A stretch of DNA of 64,000 nt from Podarcis pityusensis (lineage: Eukaryota), in NCBI GenBank assembly GCA_964106645.2, contig OZ067043.1. One strand, given 5' to 3'. The translations under genes and the position numbers were made by a program. Shown here piece after piece: positions 38,090-51,538 of this stretch (its first letter is position 1; every line of letters begins with the position of its first letter). Below the pieces are notes generated by a model. That model was not told the DNA's origin and did not search any database. It was given only the letters and a program-made list of their open reading frames with translations.

Positions 38090-38497
38090 CTGCAGGGACA
38101 CTGTCAGCACAAGCTTGTCTTGTGGAAAAGCTTTTGTAGTTATCCCTGCATGCCAGTCCTGTCTTAAGCATCACCTGCCAAATCTATCACAACAGGGCTT
38201 TTCTGCTGTGGTGCCTAATCTGCAGAAACATCTTCCTGCCTGCCACTCACACCCAAAAGCCAAATCTCCAGAATTTTCAGCACCTTCTGAAAACCTGTTT
38301 ACCCCAGCATTCGTTGGTCATTGTTACCAAGTCATTGAGGGATTGTCTCATTTATTGTGATTCTGCTGCATTTTATTGTATTCACTTTGTTTTTGATATT
38401 TTATCGCTTGTTCTATTGTTTGATTCATATTCTTACTGTTGTAATCTGCTCTGGATTATTTATGAAGGGTGACATAAAATACTGCAAGTAAATCAAT
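38090..38497 (+). mobile_element. L2-clade LINE 3' end
   Basis: RAFSAVVP-type remnant (CAGGGCTTTTCTGCTGTGGTGCCT), T-rich 3' UTR, and terminal GTAATCTGCTCTG...GAAGGGTGA...AAAT. Confidence 0.6.
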
Positions 38498-38528
38498 TGA
38501 TTTTGCAAGTATCTATATCTATCTAATA

Positions 38529-38884
38529 GGGACGCGGGTAGTGCTGTGGGTTAAACCACAGAGCCCTAGGACTTGTTGATCAGAAGGTCGGCGGTTCAAA
38601 TCCCCGCGACGGGGTGAGCTCCCGTGGCTCGGTCCCTGCTCCTGCCAACCTAGCAGTTCAAAAGCACGTCAAAGTGCAAGTAGATAAATAGGTACCGCTC
38701 CAGCGTGAAGGTAAACAGCGTTTCTGTGCGCTGCTCTGGTTCACCAAAAGCAGTTTAGTCATGCTGGCCACATGACCCGGAAGCTGTACGCTGGCTCCCT
38801 CGGCCAATAAAGCGAGATGAGAGCCACAACCCCAGAGTCGGCCACGACTGAACCTAATGGTCAGGGGTCCCTTTACCTTTACCT
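38529..38884 (+). mobile_element. Full-length Sauria SINE in intron 6, different subfamily from the 10882 copy
   Basis: GGGACGCGGGT head, GGTTCAAATCCC B box, shared core CCTGCCAACCTAGCAGTTC..AAAGCA..GTGCAAGTAGATAAATAGG, and CCTTTACCTTTACC tail followed by (TCTA)n. Confidence 0.92.
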
Positions 38885-38949
38885 ATATCTGTCTGTCTGT
38901 CTATATCTATCATCTGTCTATCTATCTATCTTCTATCATCTATCTGTAT

Positions 38950-39085
38950 CAGGCATAGGCAAACTCAGCCCCCCAGATGTTTTGGGACTACAACTCCCAT
39001 CATCCCTAGCTAACAGAACCAGTGGTCAAGGATGATGGGAATTGTAGTCCCAAAACATCTGGAGGGCCGAGTTTGCCTATGCCTG
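38950..39085. mobile_element. Palindromic hAT MITE, same family as 29014-29149
   Basis: TIRs CAGGCATAGGCAAACTC / GAGTTTGCCTATGCCTG; TSD ATCTGTAT / ATCTATAT. Confidence 0.9.
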
Positions 39086-41799
39086 ATCTATATCATCTAT
39101 CTCCCAGTCAGGCCCAGCCATAGCCACGCTGTCTGGGACTGATGGGAATTGTAGATCAAAACATTTTGAGAGACTACCATACTACATAAAGTGTTCATGC
39201 TATGTATTTCCATGACAAGCTGTAAGATAAGACTGCCTCTCTATAAAAAAATTAAGTAAACATACTTTACTCCTTTTTTCCACAGCAATTTTTCCTTCCT
39301 AGAATTATACTTGCAAAACCCAAATAATACCATTAAATTGCAAGATACATTTGGTAGGCATTACTTCTAAGAATATATTTCCAGCAGTTACACATTTCAG
39401 TCTGCCAAGTAAAAGCCACGGAGATGGCATTAGATTTCCCCAAGGACTCTCATCCCCCCCCCCCCCCAGTATTTCTTTGTGAGCTCTTTTGGGAGGATGA
39501 GAGCATTAGGCCTTTTAGTAATTCCTTTAATGCTATTGAACAGAAATGTACTTTATGATTTCTTTGTAACGTCACAAAAACCTATTTTTCTCATGAAGTC
39601 TTGCTTCAACTTTTACAGATAAATCTAGCCCAACTCCTAAATTTCAGAGGTTTTTTCTTTGCTTTCTCATTTGGGATTCAGCATTTAAACTAAACAGGTT
39701 TTAGCTCTGTGATCCCTCTGAATGCTATTTATTTATTTATTTATTTATTTATTTATTAAAAAGCAACAATAAATAAATATACCTTTACTGTTCGAATAAA
39801 GGAAGCTATAAACTTCTTTGAGGGTTTTTTTAAACTAAAAAGTGCATGTAAAAATAAATGAAATGTGTGACAGAAAACAGATGAAGAGAAAGTGACTCAA
39901 GTGAATGCTAAAAGTTTGACACTTTCAAAGAGGCCAGTGGAGATTGTGAGTTACCAAGTGAAATGCAACCATGTACTGTCTGCTTGTCTTGCTTTGTTTT
40001 GCCCTATCTCAGAACAGGGCACCATCATGACTAGTGATGGGTTGCGTTTGTCTCAGGGCATCACATGTTGGGCAGGCCAGCCTTCATGGCTGGTAGGATA
40101 GAGCTGGCTTTTATTGACATATGTAAGAAGCAACACACATTCATTTCCATAAATCGTAAGAAAGGCTGAAATGTTTCCACCAAGAAGACTTCATTTGAAA
40201 ACTCAGATGCTACATGCTGTGTTGTTGGGCTTAGAAAAGGGTGGGAAATAATGTGGTCTTGGGTTGTTGGAAAGTTCCAATGATAGCATTCCCTAGTCCT
40301 GTTCAGGCTCACATTTCAGAACACTTCTGCCACAGCCAGAAAAGTAGACTTTTCAACTGTTTGTACAGGGTTAGGATGCACAACATTAAGCTCAGAGTCC
40401 TTTGGCTTTCATGACTCCCAAGGAAAGCCCTTCTCGTTTTTACAGCAGGAGTAGCCATCCTGGAGGGCACCACGTTGGTTACCTCTGGACTTACAGGGTC
40501 AGCTGATGCTATGACAGCATCTTGTTCACCTTTGATGACGCCAGTACATAACTTGAGTCTAATGTAGGCAATTATTTTTGGGTATTCCCAGTGCTCTTTC
40601 CTTTAGCTCACCTGCGATGTATTTTATCAGTCCTACAGTCTGTTGGTATTGCTGTGCTGATACTTGCACAAGACCCTGAAGATTTGCCACCTGTCAAAAT
40701 AGACAGTATTAAGCTAGATGGATCAGTGGCCCGTATGGCAGCTTTATAAGTTCATGGCTATATGACAGTCTTCTGAAATGCTAATTCATCCACTACTTCC
40801 TCCTAGGTTTCTGCTTTCATACTGAGATTTCTTTTGTCCTCTGGGAAATTTGTCTCAGCTTGCAAACTTTTCTTGAGCCTTTATACAAACACTGAAGCCA
40901 AGAATTGATTTGATCGTCCTCTTTTATTAATGCCTCCCCTATTTCTCCCATCTGCTATTGCTGTAACTTTGCAGTCCTGTTATGACTTGTTCTCTACAGG
41001 TACTGGACCTTTCCTATGAACTTTACAGGGTTCAACACAGGTCTCCTTTTTTCATTAAAAGTTCTTAACTTTTTACTGCCCGTTCAGTTTATTACTCATC
41101 TTCCCTTAATCTGAAGGTCTAGTATGCCATTTTCTTAAGTGAAGTTTTGTACTCTGACCATATAAAGGCACCAGAGTGAGCACTCCAGATTGGCTCTGCT
41201 GCTTTGTCCATGCACCCCTGTTGTTGCCACTGCCCCCAGCCCCCTACAGCTCTGTTCCAGTTGCTACTGATAGAACCTCAGTTCCTATTAAATTACTAAA
41301 AATTGCATAGGATGCAGAGCTGACTTCGTTATCGTGTAGGAGATGGATATGGGCAATTCTGCTGCAAAAATCTGGAGCAACTGCAAAATATTTTGGCTGT
41401 TCAGGAGATCGTTTCTGCAGGTCAACAGAATCTATTCTAATCCAAAGCAGGCCTGTCATTGCCATGAGTGAAACCAGTTTGGTTCTTTTGTAGTTAAAGT
41501 ATGAGCTTAAATATGATTCCTTGGAAGACAATACAAGCAAAATTTATTCAGAGTTCTCTTTCATTACTTTCATCATTTGTGTCCTTTGGTGAGGTGCAGA
41601 AATTCATTTTCTGATCAAACTGTGAGATCTTTAAATCCTGCACATATGATTGCTTCTGTTCTTTTGGGTTCTTTATTTACCATTGCTATTAAACGGGGAG
41701 GAAAATAACTCTCTCCTTATGGTTCTATTCTTGTTCTGATAGTTCCAGAGATTTTATTTTTTATCACTTATAACATTATATTGAGCATTCCTTGAATTC

Positions 41800-42205
41800 A
41801 ACATAACTCAAGCTTGCACTGGCTGTGCATATACTACTGGGCCAGGCTCACGGTTCGTGTATTAATCCCTTAACAACTTGGGTCTAGGATACTTAAAGGA
41901 CTGCCTTATCCATTATATCCCTTTCCAATCACGGAGGCTTTAGGGAGTCACCCATGGCGCAGACGCACAGCTCATGTCAGCTATAAGCCACGTGCTGAAT
42001 ACTGTGGGCCCAATTTTGTGGAACAGGTCAGACAGGCCCCCTCCCTGTTGAATTCTGACACCAACTGAAGACATATATTTTTTTAATCCAGCAAGTATTT
42101 TAACTGAATTCTGATTTTATAGTTTAACTGAATTTTATTGCACCAAGTTTACTGTACACTGTTCAGAGACAAATATAATTAGGCATATATAATTTTAATT
42201 AAGCA
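41800..42205 (+). mobile_element. L2-clade LINE 3' fragment
   Basis: LHWL (TTGCACTGGCTG) and LGxGYLKDCL remnants, followed by an AT-rich 3' UTR. Confidence 0.6.
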
Positions 42206-42475
42206 AATAGAAATTATTATTTAAATTGTTGATATAAAGTAAAAAATAAAGGCAAGGCAAAGCTGTATCTGTACGAAGTATCTCCCCTCCCCCTTCGATA
42301 CTTTTCAATAGTTTTTTCCTGCTTGGGTTCCTCTTGAGCCCTTGTCCCAAGGGGGGCTCTCTGCAGGCATCCTGTCTAAGCAGCTCTGTGTGTTCAGTAG
42401 CCTCTCCTTTCTTCCCTTTGTATGCTGTGGTGAGAACAGGATGCTGGACTAAATAGGACATTGGCCTGATCCAGC

Positions 42476-42798
42476 GACGTGCAGCAATGAAGACACTTCA
42501 CCGAATTGGAGGGAGGAAGATGGCGGCTGTAACAACTTCTCCTTTGTGAACCCTCCGGATTACAAACCTTTTATAGCCTTTTATAGCCTTTTACTGCCGT
42601 TTTTATAGCTGTTTTATTAGACTTTTAAATTATTTTACTTCTGTTAGAAGTTTTTAATCGTTTTACTTCTACGGTTGGCCTGTTGGGGCCAATATACGTA
42701 TCAACAAGGATATTCAAACCCTCTGCTGAGAAAGCCTGCCGCTGATTAGTAACGCCGCCTTGAAGACTGGGTTATGTTGAGAAGTGGAGGAGGAGAAG
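42476..42798. mobile_element. Unclassified 323-bp insertion splitting a CR1 3' end
   Basis: The host CR1 tail GATGCTGGACT...GGCCTGATCCAGC|AGGGTTTTCTTGCATTCTTATG rejoins once the insert is removed. CAGC is duplicated at 42472-42475 and 42799-42802. Confidence 0.55.
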
Positions 42799-45700
42799 CA
42801 GCAGGGTTTTCTTGCATTCTTATGTAGTGTATCTCCCCTCCCCACTCCGGCATAATACAATTATAGGATTTCTCTGTCGGCAAAACAAAGGAGGTCTATC
42901 ACTAAGGACAAATTGAAAATTGGTTCTTCCTTCCGTTTTGCCGTGCGTATTTAGAAATTCAGTTGTTGCAAGCAAGAATAGAAGCTTTTGAAGCTTTCTT
43001 CACTAATTAGCATAAAACACTCATTATCTCTGGACTCAGCTAGATTGGTAAAGAAAAAGCGATATATATGCATTAGATATCCAGAAAGGGGAGGAGGAAA
43101 ATGGCTATTTCAATTCCAGACTCAGCTCTGCAGTGAGGTGACCTGCAACTCGGGAGGTATGAAATAACTCTTAAGTGGCAAAATGTTAGCTTCTAGCTAT
43201 TTACAAAGTGCTAGCAAATGCTCACGTGGAACACCAGAGGTGTTGAAAGCATGTGCTATGTATGAAAATACTCTACAAAACATGAAATTGCCATCAACGG
43301 TAATGGCTGTTTTTAAACAGAAAGAATGGCAATTCAGAGAACTGTCTAGAGTATTGAAAGCAGTTGAGCCACATCTTCTGTTCTTGATGTAGATTCATTT
43401 ATGGAATGATGTAGATTCATTTAGGGAATGAGATGTATTCCCATTAATACTTAAACGCATTCAGGTTCTTTCCTTAATACTTTTGAAATGCTGTTTCCAT
43501 CTCTGTGTTCATCCAGTTATTTAAATTGCTTGTTAGGCTGTCAGATTGTCATACAGGTTTTAATTTCCTGCAGGCTTTGCTAATTTAATCCCTGTACAAC
43601 TTCAGTTTAGCTGTCTTTGTTGAACCCAGCAAGGCTTCTCATAATTAAAAGTCAGAAACTACATACAGTCTTGCATTTCTAAGGTTAATAAATACAAATG
43701 ATATTTTCATTGCCATATTCTATTAAACTAATCAGTTAAGGTCTTGAGCATGCAATGCTTAAATTCACTATTTGATGGAGATGGACTGTTCTCGGTATAT
43801 ACACCTATACCGAGAATAGTGTAAACCATCCACTTACGTCATAACAACTAGAATTACTTTTGCTATCATTAGTGCCCTTTTCCAAGCCACTATAATCACA
43901 AAAACGGCTGATGAGATCCCTATGTAACTGAACAGTTCAAACCAAAGTTTATCTACGTGATTGTATACCTAAGTTAAGTGTGTCATCAAATGGTGAAAAT
44001 AAGCACTGGGGCTTATTAACTATAAGAAAACAGATATGGATTTCTAGATTGCGAAATGGTTTCACATCCTGTAGTGGCAACACAAATTCGACTGTGTACA
44101 CACCATACATTTATAGCACATTTAAAGCACATCACTTACCTCAAAGAAACTTGGGAACTGTAATTAGTTAAGGGTACAGGGCATTGTGCTCTGTGAGGGG
44201 TAAACAATGGTTCCCATGATTTTCTGGGGTAATTCATATGCATTAAATATATGACATGTAAATTCTAGCAGTCTAAAACAGGACTAAGAAACCATGGGGG
44301 TAGGGAATACAGTCTGCCAGGCCTCTCTGTCTGGACCTCAGGACTCTTACCTATTTCCTTACCTTTATTTTATTATATTTGTATCCCACCTTTCTTCCTA
44401 GAACCAAGGCAGTCACCCATCCAAGCACCAACCAGAGCCATACCTGTTTAGCATCGGCAAGGTGGTGGCCTCATGTGCTTTCAAACTATACCCTTCAGAC
44501 CAAACCATGGGAATATACAGTGTGTACCCACCCTCTCTTTCCCAGCCATTCTGCTTGAGTGCTTTTGCCTGGCTGGAATGTGTCCTTAAACTGATAATAG
44601 TTTTAGTAGTAGTAGTAGTAATAATAGAAGTAATAATAATTTATGACTTGTACCCCGCCCGTCTGACAGGGTTGTCCTAGCCACTCTGGTTGGCTTACAA
44701 CAGAATATCAAAGAACACAACAAAACACAAAAAAATAAAAGCTTCCTGATACAGGGCTGCCTTCAGATGTCAGTGCCACAACTTTCACTCTCTGTCCTGA
44801 GATTGCATTTTAATAACTCAGAAAGAACACTCTCTCTTTACTCTGATGCAACATTTAGTGTTGTTCCACTGGAGTTGTTAACATTTTTCCTGTAAACCAC
44901 TAGACTGGTAACTACCTAATCTCTTTCCCATTTCATTTTAATCTTTCTACTGTGCTTTTCTAGAACCACTTTCCAGTTACAAAAACACTTGTTTTGCTAA
45001 AGAACAATGATTGCCTTGTTTTCAGTCATTACTCTCTTCCTACATTGTCCACAATATGGTCATTCTTGCCAGATACTGTAAAAATCACAATGTATTCAGC
45101 ATGTACGAGACAGCAGTTTTACAAGGTGGTTTCTCTTTGTGATTTTTCCCCTTCCCTCTTTTATATGCCTGCTGCCAAGCATTTCTGTCCACCATCTTCA
45201 ATGACTTCATCTCTCACTGAATTCCCTGTTCATGGCAGTTTATGTGCCCTTATGATACGCTGTGCCTCCAATTCCAGATGGCTCAGAATTTCCCTTCTTT
45301 AGATGTCTTGGAATATATTTGAGGGCTGTTCCCTTTTGACCAAGTCACTTTTTGGTTCAGGGCTTATGTAGATACTTCACAACAAGAAAAAGGAGCAATT
45401 ATATTTGTGATAATTTACAATATAAATTTACACTAAACCAAGAGCCCTTGCACACAAACCATTTACAGTGCCGTAGCTATTTGTTTCAGTGTTTTTTGGA
45501 GTTAAATTTGTATGTCACTGTTTCATGGTATGTGATTGCCTTGTTTCCTGTCCACACGAACTAGTAAGTGGTCAGAGTTATGAGCATGGACACAGAGCAG
45601 TGATAGTCCTTAAAAAGGGATTTTGTGTGTTTGTGATGCTGAGGTATTTAACACCTGTTATTCCAGAATTATGTTTGGGGGTGGTGTTAGATGGCAAGAA

Positions 45701-48700
45701 TTTCTTGAGTTAACTGCTTTAGTCTGAGATATGCATAACTTGTCAGAAGAGGTTGATGAAAGCGGGAAAGTGTGAAATGGAAGTTGCTCAAACCACACAC
45801 TCCAAAGGCCACACAAAATGTGGGAAATTGCATAAAACAGCTTCAACACAATAAAAATATTGCAGAACTATTTTAGATCTTTGACAAAAAAAAATTTGGC
45901 TATAGAAGAAAAGATGGTTTGATGACTGCAATATTCCAGAATAGCGATGGAATAATAACAAGGTCATGTGGAAACGCATGGAAATTTTTTTAAAAGACAG
46001 CAACAATAGTGCTACAATTTATATGTCTGGAAGGGACACAAACCTCTTTTCAGAAGCTCCACAATATCAGTTTCCTCTGCCCCTCCACTTTACAGAAGAA
46101 TTGTCTTTCACTAATCCTGATCCTGGTAGATCGCAGGATCCTTATTGTGTACAAAAAGTTACGGGGTAAAAGCTAAAAAAACTCTGTTCAATCCTCCACA
46201 CCCCCCCCCCCAAGCCCAACAACTCTGAACTCTGGGCACCTCCCTCCTAAAAAAAGCTCAACAACCCTGGGCAATCCACCCAGCCCACGCCCGCTCCTCC
46301 TCCCTCCAATGACAATGGGTAGATCACTGCCAGTTTTTTTATACTGGGAGTAGATCACAGTCTCTTGGGAGCTGGACATGCCCATCTCTTTTCTGTTGCC
46401 TTGATCAAAGCATAGACTCTTTGGATAGCTGTGTAATTCCTGGCCTCTTGTGGTAGAGCAGGTGAGAAACCAAATGTAATCATAACCTAAATTGTTTTGT
46501 TCAGTCAATATGAAAACAATATTCCATAAATACTCCGAATGGCTATGCAATATCTATAACTTCATTAAGTGGCCCGGTGCAACACTTTATGTTTACTTTT
46601 ATGTTTAGCTTGCCTATTAAATGTGCAGAATCCATATATATATAAAATGAAGGAAATTTAGCTGAAATTACAAAGCACTGCATATTTCCCCCTCACTGTC
46701 TCAGTGCTAATATTTGCCTCACTTGCTTCACTTACGGCTATCAAAGAGCTTGCTTTAGGAGGAAAGAGCTTAGTAAGTATATATGATACAGCAGAGGCAA
46801 TAGAAAATTAAACACACCCAAGAGGCTCTGCTTTAAACTGTGTATTTTGCAAGCGCTTTATACATTAGTTCTCAATAAGCTTCCTTTCCTCTTAGTTCCA
46901 GTGAGACATGCTGTGTTATATTGCCTTTGATTTCTAGAGTTCAATGCTCTCAAGCCACTGAGAAATTATGCAGTTTTCCACCTCCACAATAACAATTATA
47001 AAGAATGTAGTAACGTAATCCAGTCACATTACTCCACTTTTTAAACACTTAACAGTGTTACTTAGACATCTGAAGCCCTTCCCACACTTCCTTTCCCTTT
47101 GTACCATATGATAAAAAGGCAATATGCATGATCCAGCCAAAGTTAAGCACTCTGAATTTCCATAGACACAATGGGAGCATATTTAACATTTACAGCCTGC
47201 TTTACTTTCCCACTTAAGTCAGTGGGACTTTACATTGCATACCTATTGGCTTGATTGTACTTTTGATTTTTTAAAAAAATTACATTTAGTATGTACTTTT
47301 GGTTAGACAAAAATAACCAGCCAATTGTCCAGATAGTTTTTGGCAATAAAAATTATTCAACATGAACTGAATAATTAATGTAAATAATGGTGAAGTAATG
47401 TATATTGTAGTTGGGTTAGAAATTTGCATTCCCCCCCCCCCAAATTGTTTAGCTTTTGTAGCCTAAACTCAGGGTGGGGCTAGAAGTTATTAGCTTCTTA
47501 ACACTCTCCCTGCCTGGCAGTTTTTAATACTCGCCTCCAAGCTGTCTTTCAAAGGCAGAAGTGAGTCCTGCTGTGGGATAAATGGTTGGGAGGCATTTGT
47601 AGGTGAGAATCAGCTGGTGAAGTAAAGATTTGGAACACAGGAGTTGTCCTAGGTTGAGTCAGGTCAACACTGACTAGAAGTGGCTCATCTGGTTATTCTG
47701 GGGATCCTTCACAGTCCCACGTGGGCATACCAGGGATCAAACCTGTGACTTCTGCATGCATAGTAGGTGTTCCACTTTTGATGGGTTGCGCTTCCCATTT
47801 TTCAATCCTCATATTTTGGCAAATTCAGGGATTGTAGCTATTCTTAGCAGAGAAAAAGAGACATTGCAAAATTGGAATGCAGCAGAAAGATCCAACTGAG
47901 AGACAGTGTATTGCAGTCTTACAAGATATCAAGTTTCCAAGCTTTCAGTTTACACTGTTGTTGTTGTTATTTTGTATTGTCTCAGAAATAAGCCCTTGGA
48001 GCAAATCTTGTACATTGCTATAGGGAAACAAATCCAATTTTCAAAGTCCATAAACTTTTTAAATGCCCATTATCTTTATTGTATTTATGAACCAAAAGGC
48101 AATATAACAAAATAGTTTAAATTGAGAATATGATTCAAGAAGCATAAATATAAGTTTGAACTAAATAAATTAGGTCTAATGTATTTTGGGGCATGAAAAT
48201 GAACGCTGGGGAGCTCTTGTAAACCATCTAGACATCAGTTATGAACCTGCAGTTAATATTTTTAAGAAGCAATTGTAGTTTGGTTTAAAAATCTTTTAAT
48301 GCCTTTCTTTACTGGCATAGCTTACCTAAAGGCATATAATTTGAAGGTCAGCTTTTACTGTTGTAACCAGTAAATCTCAGGTAGAAACAAACAACAGCTG
48401 ATAGCAGAAGGTTTGGCATTATCCTCCTTAAGCGACCAAAGCTTGAAATTGTTAGCAGAGGAACATTTTGCTTGGATACATACAAGGGAAGTGTGCTAGT
48501 TATCTAAGCCAGTTTGTACATCCTACAGCCTGTGCCTATGATTCATGATGGAACTGCATGGTATTGCAGTTCCCCATATTAAGAAGCTTGTTTCTGTTAC
48601 CAGCAGCTACACACATAGGTTGTTACATTTGTGAATTGAGGCTTAGCTGACATAAGAAATCTATGAGCTGATTGCCTATGTCTTTTTCTTTGCTTGAAAG

Positions 48701-51269
48701 TAGATTCAGGGGAGGTCAGTTTGGACTTATCCAAAGCTACTGTTAGCCCCCTAGGGGAGGTGTGGAAAGGGTAGATACTACGGAGACTTACCTGCCTTTT
48801 CATCCCTTTATGACTAAGAGCAGTTTAGAAGGCAGGGGCGATTCTGATAGAGAAAAAGGCACCAAGATTAGCCCCCATGCCCCAGCACTGTGATCCCAAG
48901 TCCAAACTGCCCTTTCCCAATGGATACTTCTAAGTAAAGAATAAGACATTGGATGGTCCAATCACATCATGACTAGTTTAGCCCCAGAGAGTTTAAGAAA
49001 ATGTGCTTTGAAACAACCAATTAATGAATATGTTCACATGTAACAGTTTTCCAGAGTAATTTATGGCCCCTCCCTTAAAAACACCTCATTTTCTCTCCAC
49101 GATGCAATTCTTATATCCACTATCTTAAATTCAATGATCGTTGAGTAAGGGAGTAATTACAATTGATACTTTTTTTTCATAAGGAGGTTCTAACCAATTA
49201 TTTCTGTCTGGAATGACCAAAGTAGTTACCTTCAGTTGAACAGGCAAACTATCTTAGGTAGCCTTGTAAGCATTTGCCTTCATGAGAAAACGATCTGACA
49301 GCAATAGGTAGATTGACCTACAAGTCAGTAATGGAAGAGATAATCTTTAAAGCTGAAATACCATACTTACTTACCTTGGAGTAAATCCTATTAAACAGGG
49401 AGGCTTACTTCTGAATAGACATGTATAAGATTGTGCTGTAAAGTATGTGGGGCATAAGCTGTTTTGCCTGATTAATTTGTGCTGCAAGTACTCTATTCAA
49501 GGTCCTGGGTTCACATATTGGGTACAGCTGGGAAACCAAAGGCTGAATCTGCAGGGCCTGTTCCAGAGGTCACTAGATTACACTCAGACTGTACCTTTAA
49601 GGGGCTATATAGCTCAGTAGTAGAGCACTTGCTGTACATAGGTTCCATCTTCAAGTAAAATACGTCAAACAGCAGCATTAGGGAGAAGGATTGTCTGAGA
49701 CCACAATCTAATGCCAGACTGAACCATTAGACCCTTGGTCTGGCTCAGTGTAAGATGACTTACTGCATTCTTATGTGACTCCAGTACATTTAGTAAACCA
49801 TCCTACATCTCTAGTTATTATTAGCTGTCTTGAAAAGGATTCAAAATAAGGAGAGAAACTAGGCTGAGTTTTAATACCTATGCCACTTTCCTCCACCACT
49901 GTAATTCCCTTGTCCAAGACACCTGTGTATATACTGTCCACTTCTATTATAGTTACTGATGACAGCCTGAGGGACAGAGCAAAACAACTTGACTAGTGCA
50001 TCATTGGCAATGCTGGAAAAAAAAGAAATGACAACACAGAACTTAAATGTCTAAGAACTGATTTGGGGAGGAGAAATGGAGAGGAGTAAATAGATTTCTT
50101 CTGTCAAAAACGCTCAGCACAACTTTCATTACATTTTAAAAGCAGTTAAAATGCATTCATAAGCCAGATTGACAGCATGGCCCTCCTCCTTCATTTTTTA
50201 TCACATAATACTAACTAGTCACCCACTCAGCACAAAGCAAACCTTCTCATTACTCACATATTAGCCTCACAGCAAGAGAACTTCCAATTAAGCATGGCAG
50301 TTTTCTCAGAGTATTTTGGGGGATGGGGTGGGGGGAACACACAGCACTCATCCAGTTGCTGATTTGTACAAAGTGGGAACATGTTTTAAAATTGGTTTAA
50401 TGAACAGACTTAATCAAAGCAGTGTAGACCAACCCTGTTCATATTTAGTTGAAAGTATGTCCCATTGCTCTGTGGATCTTCTATGTAAGTATGCAGAGGA
50501 TTTCGTTTCATTTCGGTGTGCTCAGCTATGCCTAACTCTGCATAGCATGGGACTCTAAGCTGTGGTCCTTCAGATACTTACTAGGGAGACTTATTTCAAA
50601 TTAACAAGTGGTAGGATGCAGTTGTTAACTACGACATCTGAGAGGACCAGTTTTATTCAGTGGTCCCTAGGCATCTCCGGCTTATTTTTGAAGCCAATAC
50701 TCTTTCCCAGCTCTGTTTGGAGATGCAGGGATTGAACCAGAGGCGTTCTGCATGCAAAGCAGGTGCTATACCTCCAGGCTGTGGATCCAAAGCTTTAACT
50801 GAGATACAGCTCATTATTTTAGTCTCTTACCAATCGTAATTCATTGCAAGTTTACATTGACACAATGTTAAGTCTTTGCATGCCTAGATAAAGTGACTAT
50901 AGATGAGGAACTTGAATTTTTAGAGCATTTGTTTTGGGTTATGTGACCACTATGTTAATAGGACTGGAGAAATGTAGTATTGTTGCTACCGGGTTAGGAC
51001 GAATGCAGCTTAGTTACATGATAATCTAACGCCATCAAGCAAATTATTAAACTACCATATAAGAAGAACTGATAAGAGTCAGTTCAGTAGCTCTCCAATG
51101 ATCTCCTTCAATTATTATTTGAATTAACTTTTAGAGAGAATGTACATGTACTGTTACAACCCAAATATTATGTTTATTATTTTAGTATTATTTTATTATT
51201 ATTTTATACCTGGAGATCTCAGTGCAGTTCACAGCACAGAATTACAATATAAAAAACACAAAATACATA

Positions 51270-51538
51270 ACACAACAGAAACAAAGACAGCTCAACGACA
51301 AACCTACCTATACAACGCTGACACAAACCTCACACATACACTATGTGAAAGAACGAAAGTGTGCTACCCCCCTTCTCTCTCCCCCCACTCTTCTCCCCCA
51401 ACCTTATACTGTATACAGTATTAAAGTCTCACGTGAAATATGACTGATCTATAGAAAGGACTTTTATGATCTGAAAATTGAGTTGATGTATGTACGTTAG
51501 TAACCAAAGAAAATCTTTAATAAAAACATTAAAAAAAA
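51270..51538 (+). mobile_element. L1/Tx1-like 3' end inserted in an L2-type tail
   Basis: Ends in AATAAAAACATTAAAAAAAA. The flanks (51180-51270 and 51540-51640) read as one reverse-strand L2-type 3' end. Confidence 0.5.

Noticed and set aside
48783-48803. Minus-strand ATG AAA AGG CAG|GTAAGT suggesting a nested antisense gene
   Set aside because: No partner exons or recognisable protein were found, and such 9-mers occur by chance and inside local repeats.
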